Shown in pieces: positions 10,631 to 25,390 of a stretch of DNA of 64,000 bases. The translations under genes and the position numbers were made by a program. Position 1 is the stretch's first letter. Each line of letters begins with the position of its first letter. Source of the stretch: Squalus acanthias (taxonomy: Eukaryota); the NCBI GenBank assembly GCA_030390025.1, contig CM059452.1, positions 5,766,001-5,830,000 on the forward strand. The letters are read 5' to 3'. Below the pieces are notes generated by a model. The model did not search any database and was not told the DNA's origin. It saw only the letters and a list, made by a program, of their open reading frames with translations.

Positions 10631-13600
10631 TGGGAGTGTTTGATGGGATAGTGTAGAGGGAGCTTTACTCTGTATCTGCCCTGGGAGTGTTTGATGGGAC
10701 AGTGTAGAGGGAGCTTTACTCTGTATCTAACCCCTGCTGTACCTGTCCTGGGAGTGTTTGAAGGGACAGTGTAGAGGGAGTTTTATTCTGTATTTAACCC
10801 GTGATATACCTGTCTTGGGTGTGTTTGATGGGACAGTATGGAGGGAGCTTTACTCTGTATCTAACCCGTGCTGTACCTGCCCTGGGAGTGTTTGAAAGGA
10901 CAGTGCAGAGGGAGTTTTACTCTGTTTCTAACCTGTACTTTACCTGTCCTGGGTGTGTTTGATAGGACACTGTAGAGGGAGCTTTACTCTGTATCTAACC
11001 CGTGCTGCACGTGCCCTGGGAGTGTTTGATGGGACAGTGTTGAGGGAGCTTTAATCTGTATCTAACACGTGCTGTACCTGGCCTGGGAGTGTTTGACCGG
11101 ACAGTGTAGAGGGAGCTTAAATCTGTAACTATCCCGTGCTGTACCTGCCCTGGGAGACATTGATGGGACAGTGTAGAGGGAGCTTTACTTTGTATCTAAC
11201 CCGTGCTGTACCTGCCCTGGGAGTGTTGATTGGACCATGCAGACGGAGCTTTACTTTGTATCTAACCCGTGCTGTACCTGCCCTGGGAGTGTTTGATTGG
11301 ACAGTGTAGAGGGAGATTTGTTCTGTATTTAACCGTGCTATACCTGTCCTGGGAGTGTTTGATGGGACAGTATGGAGGGAGCTTTACTCTGTATCTAACG
11401 CGTGATGTAGCTGCCCTGGGAGTGTTTGATGGGACAGTGCTGAGGGAGCTTTATTTTATATTTAACCAGTGCTGTACCTGTCCTGGTTGTGTTTGATGGG
11501 GCAGTGTAGAGGGAGCTTTAATTCGTATCTAACCCGTGCTGTACCGGCCCTGGGAGTGTTTGTTGGGACAGTGTAGAGGGAGCTTTACTCTGTATCTAAC
11601 CCGTGCTGTACCTGCCCTGGGAGTGTTTGATGGGAAAGTGCAGAGGGAGCTTTACTTTATACCAAACCCGTTCTCTACCTGCCTTGGGAGTGTTTAATGG
11701 GACAGTGTAGATGGAGCTTTACTCTGTATCTAAACCGTGCTGTACCTGGCCTGGGAGTGATTGATGGGACAGTGTAGAGGGAGCTTTACTCTGTGTCTAA
11801 CCCGTGCTGTACCTGCCCTGGCAGTGTTTTTTGGGACAGTGTAGAGGGAGCTTTACTCTGTATCTAACCCGTGCTATGCCAGCCCTGGGAGTGTTTGATG
11901 GGACAGTGTAGAGGGAGCTTTACTCTGTATCTAACCTGTACTGAACCTGCCCTGGGTGTTTTTGATGGGGCAGTGTAGAGGGAGATTTACACTGTATCTA
12001 ACTCCTGCTGTCCCTGCCCTGGGTGTGTGATCTGGGACTGTGTAGAAGGAGCTTTACACTGTAGATAACCCGTGCTGTCGCTTCCCTGGGAGTGCTTGAT
12101 GGGACAATGTAGAGGAAACTTTACTCTGTATCTAAACCGTGCTGTACCTGGCCTCGGAGTGTTTGATGGGACGGTGTAGAGGCAGCTTTAATCTGTATCT
12201 AACCCGTGCTGTACATGCCCCGGGAGTGCTTGATGGGACAGTGTAGAGAGAGCTTTACTCTGTATCTAACCCATGCTATAAATGCATTGGGAGACTTTGC
12301 TGGGACAGTGTAGAGGGTGATTTACTCTGTATCTTACCTGCCCTGGGAGTGTTTGTTGGGACAGTGCAGAGGGAGCTTTACTCCGTATCTAACCTGTACT
12401 TTACCTGCCTTGAGAGTGTTTGATCGGACAGTGTAGAGGGTGCTATACTTTGTATCTAACCCGTTCTCTACCTGCCTTGGGAGTGTTTAATGGGACAGTG
12501 TAGATGGAGCTTTACTCTGTATCTACACCGTGCTGTATATGCCCCGGGAGTGCTTGATGGGACAGTGTAGAGAGAGCTTTACTCTGTATCTAACCCATGC
12601 TGTAAATACATTGGGAGATTTTGCTGGACAGTGTCGAGGGAGCTTTACCCGGTATCTAACCCGTGCTGTCCCTGCACTGGGAGTGTTTGATAGGACAGTG
12701 TAGAGGGAGCTTTACTTTGTATCTAACCCGTGCTGTACCTGTCCTGGGAGACTTTGCTGGGACAGTGTAGAAGGCGCTTTACTCTGTATCTAACCCGTGC
12801 TGTCCCTGCAGTGGGAGTGATTGATAGGACAGTGTAGAGGGAGCTTTACTTTGTATCTAACCCGTGCTGTACCTGCCCTGGGAATGTTTGATGGGACAGT
12901 GTAGATGGAGATTTACTCTGTATCTAAACCATGCATTACCTGGCCTGGGAGTGTTGGATGGGACAGTATACAGCGAGCTTTAAACTGTATCTAACCCGTT
13001 CTGTTCCTGCCCTGGGAGTGATTGAAGGGATAGTGTAGAGGGTGCTTTACTTGGTATCTAACTCGTGCTGTCCCTGCCCTGGGAATGCTTGATGGGATAG
13101 TGTAGAGGGAGCTTTACTCAGTATCTAACCTGTACTGTACCTGCCCTGGGTGTGTTTGATGGGACAGTGTAGAAGGGGCTTTACTCAGTATCTAACCTGA
13201 ACCGTACCTGCCCTGGGTGTGTTTGATTGGGCAGTGTAGAGTGAGCTTTACTCAGTATCTAACCTGTACTGTACCTGCCCTGGGTGTGTTTGATGGGGCA
13301 GTGTAGAAGGGGCTTTACTCAGTATCTAACCTGTACCGTACCTGCCCTGGGTGTGTTTGATGGGGCAGTGTAGAGTGAGCTTTACTCTGTAGATAACCCA
13401 TGCTGTACCTGCATTGGGAGACTTTGCTTGGACAGTGTGGAGTGGGATTTACACTGTATCTAACCTGTATTGTACCTGCAGTGGGAGTGTTGAATGGGGC
13501 AGTGTAGAATGAGTTTTACTGTGTCTTTAACCCATGCTGTAACTGCACTGGGAGACTTTGCTGGGACAGTGTAGAAGGAGCTTTACTCTGTATCGAAACC

Positions 13601-16600
13601 GTGCTGTACCTGCCCTGGGAGTGTTTGATGGGACAGTGTAGAGGGAGCATTACTCTGTATCGAAACCGTGCTGTACCTGCCCTGGGAGTGTTTGATGGTA
13701 CAGTGTAGAGGGAGCTTTACTCCGTGTTTAACCTGTACTTTACCTGCCCTGGGAGTGTTTGATCGGACAGTGTAGAGGGTGATTTATTCTGTATCTACCC
13801 TGTACTGTACCTGCACTGGGAGTGTTTGATGGGACAGTGTAGAGGGTGCTTTACTTTGTATTGAACCCGTGCTGTACCTGCCCTGGGAGTGTTTGATCGG
13901 ACAGTGTAGAGGGTGATTTACTCTGTATCTACCCCGTGCTCTACCTGCCCTGTGGGTGTTTGATGGTGCAGTGTAGAGGGAGCTTTACTTTGTATCTAAC
14001 CCGTGCTGTACCTGCCCTGGGATTGATTGATGGGACAGTGTAGAGTGAACTTTACTTTGTATCGAACCCGTGCTGCACCTGCGCTGGGATTGAATGATGG
14101 GAAAGTGCAGAGGGAGCTTTACTCTGTATCTAAACTTGCTGTGCCTGGCCTGGGAGTTTTTGATGAGACAGTGTAGATGGAGCTTTAATTTGTGTCTAAC
14201 CTGTGCTTTACCTGCCCTGGGTGTGTTTGATGCGACAGTGTAGAGGGAGCTTTACTCGGTATCTAACCCGTGCTGTCCCTGCACTGGGAGTGTTTGATAG
14301 GACAGTGTAGAGGGAGCTTTACTTTGTATCGAACCCGTGCTGTACCTGTCCTGGGAGACTTTGCTGGGACAGTGTAGAAGGCGCTTTACTCTGTATCTAA
14401 CCCGTGCTGTCCCTGCAGTGGGAGTGATTGATAGGACAGTGTAGAGGGTGCTTTACTTTGTATCTAACCCGTGCTGTACCTGCCCTGGGAATGTTTGATG
14501 GGACAGTGTAGATGGAGATTTACTCTGTATCTAAACCATGCATTACCTGGCCTGGGAGTGTTGGATGGGACAGTATACAGCGAGCTTTAAACTGTATCTA
14601 ACCCGTTCTGTTCCTGCCCTGGGAGTGATTGAAGGGATAGTGTACAGGGTGCTTTACTCGGTATCTAACTCGTGCTGTCCCTGCCCTGGGAATGCTTCAT
14701 GGGACAGTGTAGAAGGAGCTTTACTCAGTATCTAACCTGTACCGTACCTGCCCTGGGTGTGTTTGATGGGGCAGTGTAGAGTGAGCTTTTCTCTGTATCT
14801 AACCCTTGCTGTACCTGCATTGGGAGACTTTGCTTGGACAGTGTAGAGCGGGATTTGCACTGTATCTAACCTGTACTGTACCTGCAGTGGGAGTGTTGAA
14901 TGGGGCAGTGTAGAATGAGGTTTACTGCGTCTTTAACCCATGCTGTAACTGCACTGGGAGACTTTGCTGGGACAGTGTAGAAGGAACTTTACTCTGTATC
15001 TAACCCGTGCTGTACCTGCCCAGGGTGTGTTTGATGGGGCAGTGTAGAGAGAGATTTACACTGTATCTAACCAATGCTGTCCCTGCCCTGGCAGTGTTTG
15101 ATGGGACAGTGTAGAGGGAGCTTTAGTTGGTATCTAACCCGTGCTTTATATTCCTTATAAGTGTTTGATGGACAGTTTAGATGGAGCATTACTTTGTATC
15201 GAAACCGTGCTGTACCTGCCCTGGGAAAGTGATATGGGACAGTGTAGAGGGAGCTTTACTCTGTATCGTAACCGTGCTGTACCTGCCCTGGGAGTGTTTG
15301 TTGGGACAGTGCAGAGGGAGCTTTACTCCGTGTCTAACCTGTACTTTACCTGCCCTGGGAGTGTTTGATCGGACAATGTAGAGGGTGATTTACTCTGTAT
15401 CTAACCCGTGCTGTACCTGCACTGGGAGAATTTGCTGGGACAGTGTAGAGGGAGCTTTACTATGTATCTAACCTGTACTGTACCGGCCCTGGGAGTGTTT
15501 GATGGGACGGTGTAGCTGGAGATTTATTCTGGATCTAACTCGTGCTGTGCCAGTTCTGGGACTGTTTGATGGTGCACTGTAGAGGAAGCTTTAGTTTGTA
15601 TCTAACCCGTGCTTGCCCTGCCCTGGGATTGATTGATGGGACAGTGCAGAGCGAACTTTACTCTGTATCTAACCCATGCTGTAAATACATTGGGAGATTT
15701 TGCTGGACAGTGTAGAGGGTGCTTTACTTTGTATCTAACCCGTGCTGTACCTGCCCTGGGAATGTTTGATGGGACAGTGTAGATGGAGATTTACACTGGA
15801 TCTAACCAATGCTGTCCCTGCCCTGGCAGTGTTTGATGGGACAGTGTAGAGGGAGCTTTAGCTGGTATCTAACCCGTGCTTTATATTCCTTATAAGTGTT
15901 TGATGGGACAGTGTAGATGGAGCATTACTTTGTATCGAAACCGTGCTGTACCTGCCCTGGGAGAGTCATATGGGACAGTGTAGAGGGAGCTTTACTCTGT
16001 ATCGAAACCGTGCTGTACCTGCCCTGGGAGTGTTTGTTGGGACAGTGCAGAGGGAGCTTTACTCCGTGTCTAACCTGTACTTTACCTGCCCTGGGAGTGT
16101 TTGATCGGACAATGTAGAGGGTGATTTACTCTGTATCTAACCCGTGCTGTACCTGCACTGGGAGAATTTGCTGGGACAGTGTAGAGGGAGCTTTACTATG
16201 TATCTAACCTGTACTGTACCGGCCCTGGGAGTGTTTGATGGGACGGTGTAGCTGGAGATTTATTCTGGATCTAACTCGTGCTGTGCCAGTTCTGGGACTG
16301 TTTGATGGTGCACTGTAGAGGAAGCTTTAGTTTGTATCTAACCCGTGCTTGCCCTGCCCTGGGATTGATTGATGGGACAGTGCAGAGCGAACTTTACTCT
16401 GTATCTAACCCATGCTGTAAATACATTGGGAGATTTTGCTGGACAGTGTAGAGGGTGCTTTACTTTGTATCTAACCCGTGCTGTACCTGCCCTGGGAATG
16501 TTTGATGGGACAGTGTAGATGGAGATTTACTCTGTATCTAAACCATGCATTACCTGGCCTGGGAGTGTTGGATGGGACAGTATACAGCGAGCTTTAAACT

Positions 16601-19600
16601 GTATCTAACCCGTTCTGTTCCTGCCCTGGGAGTGATTGAAGGGATAGTGTACAGGGTGCTTTACTCGGTATCTAACTCGTGCTGTCCCTGCCCTGGGAGT
16701 GCTTGATGGGACAATGTAGAGCAAACTTTACTCTGTATCTAACCCGTGCTGTACCTGCATTGGGAGACTTTGCTTGGACAGTGTGGAGTGGGATTTACAC
16801 TGTATCTAACCTGTACTGTACCTGCAGTGGGAGTGTTGAATGGGGCAGTGTAGAATGAGTTTTACTGTGTCTTTAACCCATGCTGTAACTGCACTGGGAG
16901 ACTTTGCTGGGACAGTGTAGAAGGAACTTTACTCTGTATCTAACCCGTGCTGTACCTGCCCAGGGTGTGTTTGATGGGGCAGTGTAGAGAGAGCTTTACT
17001 CTGTATCTAACCAATGCTGTCCCTGCCCTGGCAGTGTTTGATGGGACAGTGTAGAGGGAGCTTTAGTTGGTATCTAACCCGTGCTTTATATTCCTTATAA
17101 GTGTTTGATGGGACAGTGTAGATGGAGCATTACTTTGTATCGAAACCGTGCTGTACCTGCCCTGGGAAAGTGATATGGGACAGTGTAGAGGGAGCTTTAC
17201 TCTGTATCGTAACCGTGCTGTACCTGCCCTGGGAGTGTTTGTTGGGACAGTGCAGAGGGAGCTTTACTCCGTGTCTAACCTGTACTTTACCTGCCCTGGG
17301 AGTGTTTGATCGGACAATGTAGAGGGTGATTTACTCTGTATCTAACCCGTGCTGTACCTGCACTGGGAGAATTTGCTGGGACAGTGTAGAGGGAGCTTTA
17401 CTATGTATCTAACCTGTACTGTACCGGCCCTGGGAGTGTTTGATGGGACGGTGTAGCTGGAGATTTATTCTGGATCTAACTCGTGCTGTGCCAGTTCTGG
17501 GACTGTTTGATGGTGCACTGTAGAGGAAGCTTTAGTTTGTATCTAACCCGTGCTTACCCTGCCCTGGGATTGATTGATGGGACAGTGCAGAGCGAACTTT
17601 ACTCTGTATCTAACCCATGCTGTAAATACATTGGGAGATTTTGCTGGACAGTGTAGAGGGTGCTTTACTTTGTATCTAACCGTGCTGTACCTGCCCTGGG
17701 AATGTTTGATGGGACAGTGTAGATGGAGATTTACACTGGATCTAACCAATGCTGTCCCTGCCCTGGCAGTGTTTGATGGGACAGTGTAGAGGGAGCTTTA
17801 GTTGGTATCTAACCCGTGCTTTATATTCCTTATAAGTGTTTGATGGGACAGTGTAGATGGAGCATTACTTTGTATCGAAACCGTGCTGTACCTGCCCTGG
17901 GAGAGTCATATGGGACAGTGTAGAGGGAGCTTTACTCTGTATCGAAACCGTGCTGTACCTGCCCTGGGAGTGTTTGTTGGGACAGTGCAGAGGGAGCTTT
18001 ACTCCGTGTCTAACCTGTACTTTACCTGCCCTGGGAGTGTTTGATCGGACAATGTAGAGGGTGATTTACTCTGTATCTAACCCGTGCTGTACCTGCACTG
18101 GGAGACTTTGCTGGGACAGTGTAGAGGGAGCTTTACTATGTATCTAACCTGTACTGTACCGGCCCTGGGAGTGTTTGATGGGACGGTGTAGCTGGAGATT
18201 TATTCTGGATCTAACTCGTGCTGTGCCAGTTCTGGGACTGTTTGATGGTGCACTGTAGAGGAAGCTTTAGTTTGTATCTAACCCGTGCTTACCCTGCCCT
18301 GGGATTGATTGATGGGACAGTGCAGAGCGAACTTTACTCTGTATCTAACCCATGCTGTAAATACATTGGGAGATTTTGCTGGACAGTGTAGAGGGTGCTT
18401 TACTTTGTATCTAACCCGTGCTGTACCTGCCCTGGGAATGTTTGATGGGACAGTGTAGATGGAGATTTACTCTGTATCTAAACCATGCATTACCTGGCCT
18501 GGGAGTGTTGGATGGGACAGTATACAGCGAGCTTTAAACTGTATCTAACCCGTTCTGTTCCTGCCCTGGGAGTGATTGAAGGGATAGTGTACAGGGTGCT
18601 TTACTCGGTATCTAACTCGTGCTGTCCCTGCCCTGGGAATGCTTGATGGGACAATGTAGCGCAAACTTTACTCTGTATCTAACCCGTGCTGTACCTGCAT
18701 TGGGAGACTTTGCTTGGACAGTGTAGAGCGGGATTTGCACTGTATCTAACCTGTACTGTACCTGCAGTGGGAGTGTTGAATGGGGCAGTGTAGAATGAGG
18801 TTTACTGTGTCTTTAACCCATGCTGTAACTGCACTGGGAGACTTTGCTGGGACAGTGTAGAAGGAACTTTACTCTGTATCTAACCCGTGCTGTACCTGCC
18901 CAGGGTGTGTTTGATGGGGCAGTGTAGAGAGAGATTTACACTGTATCTAACCAATGCTGTCCCTGCCCTGGCAGTGTTTGATGGGACAGTGTAGAGGGAG
19001 CTTTAGTTGGTATCTAACCCGTGCTGTACCTGCCCTGGGAGAGTCATATGGGACAGTGTAGAGGGAGCTTTACTCTGTATCGAAACCGTGCTGTACCTGC
19101 CCTGGGAGTGTTTGTTGGGACAGTGCAGAGGGAGCTTTACTCCGTGTCTAACCTGTACTTTACCTGCCCTGGGAGTGTTTGATCGGACAATGTAGAGGGT
19201 GATTTACTCTGTATCTAACCCGTGCTGTACCTGCACTGGGAGAATTTGCTGGGACAGTGTAGAGGGAGCTTTACTATGTATCTAACCTGTACTGTACCGG
19301 CCCTGGGAGTGTTTGATGGGACGGTGTAGCGGGAGATTTATTCTGGATCTAACTCGTGCTGTGCCAGTTCTGGGACTGTTTGATGGTGCACTGCAGAGGG
19401 AGCTTTAGTTTGTATCTAACCCGTGCTTACCCTGCCCTGGGATTGATTGATGGGACAGTGCAGAGCGAACTTTACTCTGTATCTAAACTTGCTGTGTCTG
19501 GCCTGGGAGTTTTTGATGGGAAGTGTAGAGGGTGCTTTACTCTGTATCTAACCTGTGCTGTACCTGCCCTGGGAGTGTTTGATGGGACAGTGTAGAGGGA

Positions 19601-21793
19601 GCTTTACTTTGTATCTAACCCGTGCTGTATCTGTCCTGGGAGACTTTGCTGGGACAGTGTAGAAGGCGCTTTACTCTGTATCTAACCCGTGCTGTACCTG
19701 CCCTGGGAATGTTTGATGGGACATTGTAGAGGGAGTTTACTCTGTATCTAAACCGTGCTTTACCTGGCCTGGGAGTGTTGAATGGGACAGTATACAGCGA
19801 GCTGTAAACTGTATCTAACCCGTTCTGTACCTGCCCTGGGAGTGATTGATGGGACAGTGTAGAGGGTGCTTTACTCGGTATCTAACTCGTGCTGTCCCTG
19901 CCCTGGGTGTGTGATTTGGGACAGTATAGAGGGAACTTTACTCTGTATCTAATCCGTGCAGTACCAGCCCTGGGACTGTTGGATGGGACAGTACAGAGAG
20001 ATCTTTACTCTGTATGTAAACCATGCTGTACCTGCACTTGGAGACTTTGCTGGGACAGTGTAGAGGGAGCTTTACTCTGTATCAAATCTGTACTGTACCT
20101 GCCCTGGGAGTGTTGGTCGGACAGTGCAGGGGGTGATTTACTCTGTATCTAACCTGTACTGTACCTGCAGTAGGAGTGTTTGATGGGGCAGTGCAGAGGG
20201 TGTTTTACTGTGTACCTACGCCATGCTTTACCTGCACTGGGAGACATTGCTGGGACAGTGTAGAGGGAGCTTTATTCTGTATCTAACCTGTACTGTACCT
20301 GCCCTGGGAGTGTTTGATGGGACAGTGTAGAGGGAGATTTACTCTGTATCTAAGCCGTGCTGTACCTGCCCTCGAGTGTTTGATGGGACAGTGTTGAGGG
20401 AGATTTACTCTGTATTCAACCCATTCTGTACCTGCACTGGGAGACTTTGCTGGGACAGTTTAGTGGGAGATTTACACTGTATTCAACCCATGCTGTCCCT
20501 GCACTGGGTGTGTGATTTGGAACAGTGTAAGTGGAGCTTTACTCTTTAGCTAACCCGAACTTTCCCTGCCCTGGGAGTGTTTGATGGGACAGTATAGAGG
20601 GAGCTTTATCTGTAGCTAACCCGTGCTGCCCCTGCCCTGGGAGTGTTTGATGGGACAGTGTAGAGGGAGCTTTAAGGTGTATCTAACCCGTGCTGTCCCT
20701 GCCCTGGGAGTATTTGATGGGTAAGTGTAAAGGGAGCTTTACTTTTCATCTAACCCGTGGTGTCCCTGCCCTGGGATTCTCTGATGGGACAGTGTAGACA
20801 GAGCTTTACTCTGTATCTAACCCCTGCTGGCAGTGTTTGTTGGGAGAGTGTAGAGGGAGCTTGATTCTGCATTTAACTCGTGCTATACGTGTCCTAGGTG
20901 TGTTTGACGGGACAGTATGGAGGGAGCTTTATTCGGTATCTAACCCATGATGTAGCTGCCCTGGGAGTGTTTGATGGGACATTGTAGAGGGAACATCACT
21001 CTGTATCTAACCTGTACTTTACCTGCCCTGCAATTTTGATGGGATAGTGTAGAGGGAGCTTTATTCTCTATCTAACCCGTGCTGTACCAGTTCTGGGAGT
21101 GTTTGATGGGACAGTGTAGAGGGAGCTTTACACTGTATCTAACTCGTGCAGTACCTGCCCTGGGAGTGTTTGATGGGACAGTGTAGAGGGAGCTTTACTC
21201 TGTATCTAACTCGTGCAGTACCTGGCCTGGGAATGTTTGATGGAACAGTGTCGAGGAAGCTTTAATCTGTATCTAACCCGTGCTGTATCTGCCCTGGAAA
21301 TGTTGTATGGGACAGTGTAGAGGGAGCTTTACTCTGTATCTAACCAACGCTGTACCTGTCCTGGGAGTGTTTGATGGGACAGTGTAGAGTGAGATTCTCA
21401 CTGTCTCTAACCCATGCTGTCCCTGCCGTGGGTGTGTGATTTTGGACAGTGCAGAAGGAGCTTTACCCTGTAGCTAACCCCGGGTGTCCCTGCCCTGGGA
21501 GTGTTTGATGGGTGAGTGTAGAGGGAGCTTTACTCTGTATCTAACCCGTGCTGTACCTGCCCTGGGAGTGTTTGATGCTACATTGTAGAGGGAGGTTTAC
21601 ACTGTTCAAACCCATGTTGTCCCTGCACTGAGTGTGTGTGATGGGACAGTGTAGAGAGAGCTTTATTCTATATCTAATCCGTGATGGGCCTGCACTGGGA
21701 GTGTTTGATCTGATAATGTAGAGGGAGCATCACTCTGTATCGAACCCGTGCTGTACCTGCCCTGGGACTGCTGGATGGGAGAGTGTAGAGGGA
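10631..21793 (+). repeat. 67-bp satellite array with higher-order repeats
   Basis: About 166 monomers; diagnostic variants recur at offsets of ~736 bp and ~1940 bp. Confidence 0.98.
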
Positions 21794-22887
21794 CTTGATG
21801 TGCTGAATGGCCTCTTTCTGTGCCGTTATGTCTGTATGACTCTATGACTCTATAACAGCAGTGGTGTTCGCCCTGGTATGTTGGTGAATATTTATCCGTC
21901 AACCAAAATCACTAAACACAGATATTTTGGTCAATATCGCCTTGCTGTTTGTGGGAGCTTGCTGTGCGCAATTTTGCTGCAGCATTTCCTACTTTATAAC
22001 AGTGACTATACTTCCAAAGTTCTTCATTGTCTGTAAAGCGCTTTCGGACGTCCTGAGGCAGTGAAAGGCGCTATATAAATGCAAGTTCTTTCTAAATGAC
22101 AACATTTTAATGGGTTGAAGCTTCCACTAAATGGACATCCAGTGGATCACCAGCCTGTTCACAGATGTCCCATTGATTTCGGCAGCAGAACTTTCAGAAC
22201 TGAATTCTTAATTTTAATATTTTTTCCTCAGTTATAAATCACATCTGTTTTAATTGAACAAAACTGAATCCAATGTCACTGTTCGAGATATTTCTATTCA
22301 TTTTGTACCGCATGTCAATATTCTTAAAATAAACCCTTGTTGTGAGTTGAAACGAATCAATAAGTGACTTTGTTGATCTGGTTTTGCTGCCATGAACACT
22401 TCATGGAAACCAGTGAGGCGTTTATGTAAATAAACACAGAAATAGAAGTCCCAGATTAGAGTATTGAGCGACAGAAACACAATAAATGTTTCCCCACCAA
22501 CACAGAACAGAAATAAAGAGAGAAATGCAAATGTCTCAACGGATTCCAGCAACAATTGTTTTTGGGACATTTCTCTAAGTTATAGGAGAATAAAGTAAAG
22601 ATGATATCCATGTTCAGAATGGGGAAAGATTCCCACAAGTCACCGCACATAGTGACATCACAAATGTGTGTGTGGAGATTTCCTGTATCCTCTCCCTCTC
22701 TGCCTCTCTCTCCTATTTCCACCTTCTGTCTTGCCTCTCAAGAATGGATCATTGTCTTTACCCCAAAACAAGATGTCAACGTCTTACAAAAGTGTTCCCT
22801 CAGCCCTATTCATAGGCCTCGAACCAAATTGATTGGAGTGCGCAGAGGGAGCATTCATATAAAATGTAACCTGTACATTGGATAAAC
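21794..22887 (+). repeat. Cassette copy 3 (octamer 22525-22532)
   Basis: Same tail/SINE/unique structure as copy 2. Confidence 0.93.
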
Positions 22888-23742
22888 TGGGAGTGTTTGA
22901 TGGGACAGTGTAGAGGGAGCTTTACTCTGTATCTAACGCGTGCTGTACCTGCCCTTGGCGTGTTTGATGGGACAGTGCAGAGGGAGCTTTACTCTATATC
23001 TAAAACGTGCTGTTCTTGGCCTCGGAGTGTTTGATGGGACAGTGTAGAGGGAGCTTTACTCTGTATCTAACCTGTGATGTACCTGCCCTGGGAGTGTTTG
23101 ATGGGACAGTGTAGAGGGAGCTTTACTCTGTATATTACCCATGCAGTACCTGCCCTGAGAGAATATCCTGGGACATTGTAAAGAAAGCTTGACTCTGTAT
23201 CAATCCGTGCTGTACCTGCCCTGGGAATTTTTGATGGGACATTGTAGAGGAAGCTTTACTCTGTAGCTAACCCATGCAGTACCTGCCCTGGGAGTGTTTG
23301 ATGGGACAGTGTAGAGGGAGCTTTACCATGTATCTAACCTGTGATGTACCAGCCCTCTGAATCATTGATGGGACAGTGTAGAGCGAGCATTACTCTGTAT
23401 CTAACCTGCCCTTAGTATGTGTGATGGAGCAGTAAAGAGGGAGCTTTACTCTATATATAACCCATGCAGTACCTGCCCTGAGACCGTCTGATGGGACAGT
23501 GTAGAGGGAGCTTTACTATGTATCTAACCTGTGATGTACCTGCCCTGGGAGTGTTGGATGGGAAAGTGTAGAGGGAGCTTTACTCTGTATATAACTCATG
23601 CAGTACGTATCCTGAGAGATTTTGATGGGACAGTATAGTTGGAGCTTTACTCTGTATCCTCCCCTTGCTGTACCTGCCCTGGGAGTGTTTGGTGGGATAG
23701 CGTAGAGGGAGGTTTACTCTGTATCTAACCTGTAGTGCACCT
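22888..23742 (+). repeat. 67-bp satellite array, interrupted by LINE DNA
   Basis: About 13 monomers; a final monomer piece GATGGGACAGTGTAGAGGGA reappears beyond the LINEs at 26751-26770. Confidence 0.95.
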
Positions 23743-25390
23743 GATCATACCTCCTACATTCATATCTAAATCATTAATGTACACTACAAACAGCAAAGGA
23801 CCCAGCACCGATCCCTGCGGTACACCACTGAACACAGGCTTCCAGTCACAAAAACAACCTTCGACCATCACACTCTGCCTCCTGCCACTAAGCCAATTTT
23901 GGATCCAATATGCCAATTTGCCCTGGATCCCATGGGCTCTTACCTTCTTGACCAGACTCCCATGGGGGACTTTGTCGAAAACCTACTGAAGTCCATGTAG
24001 ACCACATCAACTGCACTGCCCTCATCCACACACCTAGTCACCCCCTCGAAAAATTCAATCAAATTGGTCAGACATGATCTCCCCCTGACAAAGCCATGCT
24101 GACTATCCTTGATTAATCCTTGCCTCTCCAAGTGGAGACTAATACTGTCCCTCAGAATTTTTTCAATAATTTCCCTGCCACTGATGTTAGGCTCACTGGC
24201 CTGTAATTCCCTGGTTTATCCCAACTACCCTTCTTGAATAATGGTACTATGTTAGCTGTCCTCCAGTCCTCTGGCACCTCCCCTGTGGCCACGGAGCTTC
24301 TGAAAATTTGTGTCAGAGCCCCTGCAATCTCCTCCCTGCCTCACACAGCAGCCTGGGATACATCTCGTCTGGGCCTGGGGAATTATTCACTTTTAAGCCC
24401 GCTAAAACCGCTAGTACCTCCTCCCTCTCAATACTAATTTGTTCAAGTATATCATAATCCCCCTGCCTGATTTCTATGCCTACAATAGTCCTTCTCCATA
24501 TTGAACACAGATGCAAAATATTCATTTAAAACCTCACCCACATCTTTCGGCTGTACACACAGATTGCCACTTTGGTCCCTAATGGGCCCTACTCTTTCCC
24601 TGGTTATCCTATTGCCCTTAATATACTTATAAAACACCTTGGGATTTTCCTTTATTTTGCCCGCCAGTGTTATTTCATGCCCCCTCTTCACTCTCCTAAT
24701 TTATTTTTTAAGTAGCCCCCTGCACTTTCTATACACCTCTAGGGCTTCCACTGTTTTTAGTCCTTTGTATCTGCCAAAAGCCTCCCTTTTTTTCCTAATC
24801 CATTCTTGTATACCCCTTGACATCCAGGGTTCCCTGGGCTTGTTGGTCCCACCCTTGACATTTACAGGAACATGTTGCCATTGTACTCTCTCTATTTCCT
24901 TTCTGAATGACTCCCACTGCTCTGATGTGGATTTTCCTACAAGTAGCTGATCCCAGTCCACTTTGGCCAGATCCTGCCTTATCATATTAAAATTGGCCTT
25001 CCCCCAATTTAGAACCTTTATTTCTGGTCCATCTTTGTCCTTTTCCATGACTACCTTAAATCTCACCGAATTATGGTCACTGTCACCAAAATGCTCTCCT
25101 ACTGACACTTCTACCACTTGCCCGGCTACATTCCCAAGAATTAGGTCCAGTACCGCCCCCTCTCTTGTAGGACTTTCTACATAATGACTCATTAAGCTCT
25201 CCTGGATGCACTTTAAGAATTCTGCACCCTCTGAGCCTTTCACACTCTGACTATTCCAGTTAATATTGGGGAAGTTGAAATCCCCTGCTTTTATTACCCT
25301 ATTATTTCTACACTTCTCTGAGATTTGCCTACATGTTTGTTCCTCTATCTCCCCCTGACTGTTTGGGGGCCTATAGTACACTCCCAGCAA
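23743..25390 (-). mobile_element. CR1-clade LINE family A ORF2 fragment (endonuclease to mid-RT), decayed
   Basis: YYRPPNS/GDFNFP/SDH, SQHGFVRGRSCLTNL, GVPQGSVLGPLLFVVYINDL; ends just before the ADD motif. Confidence 0.92.

Noticed and set aside
7719-21902. Many short Cys-rich ORFs (MLYLPWECLMGQCRGSFTLYLT and similar), also at 40-62 kb
   Set aside because: Satellite translations.
6701-23742. CRISPR-like appearance of regular repeats
   Set aside because: Head-to-tail monomers with no unique spacers, no cas genes, eukaryotic context.
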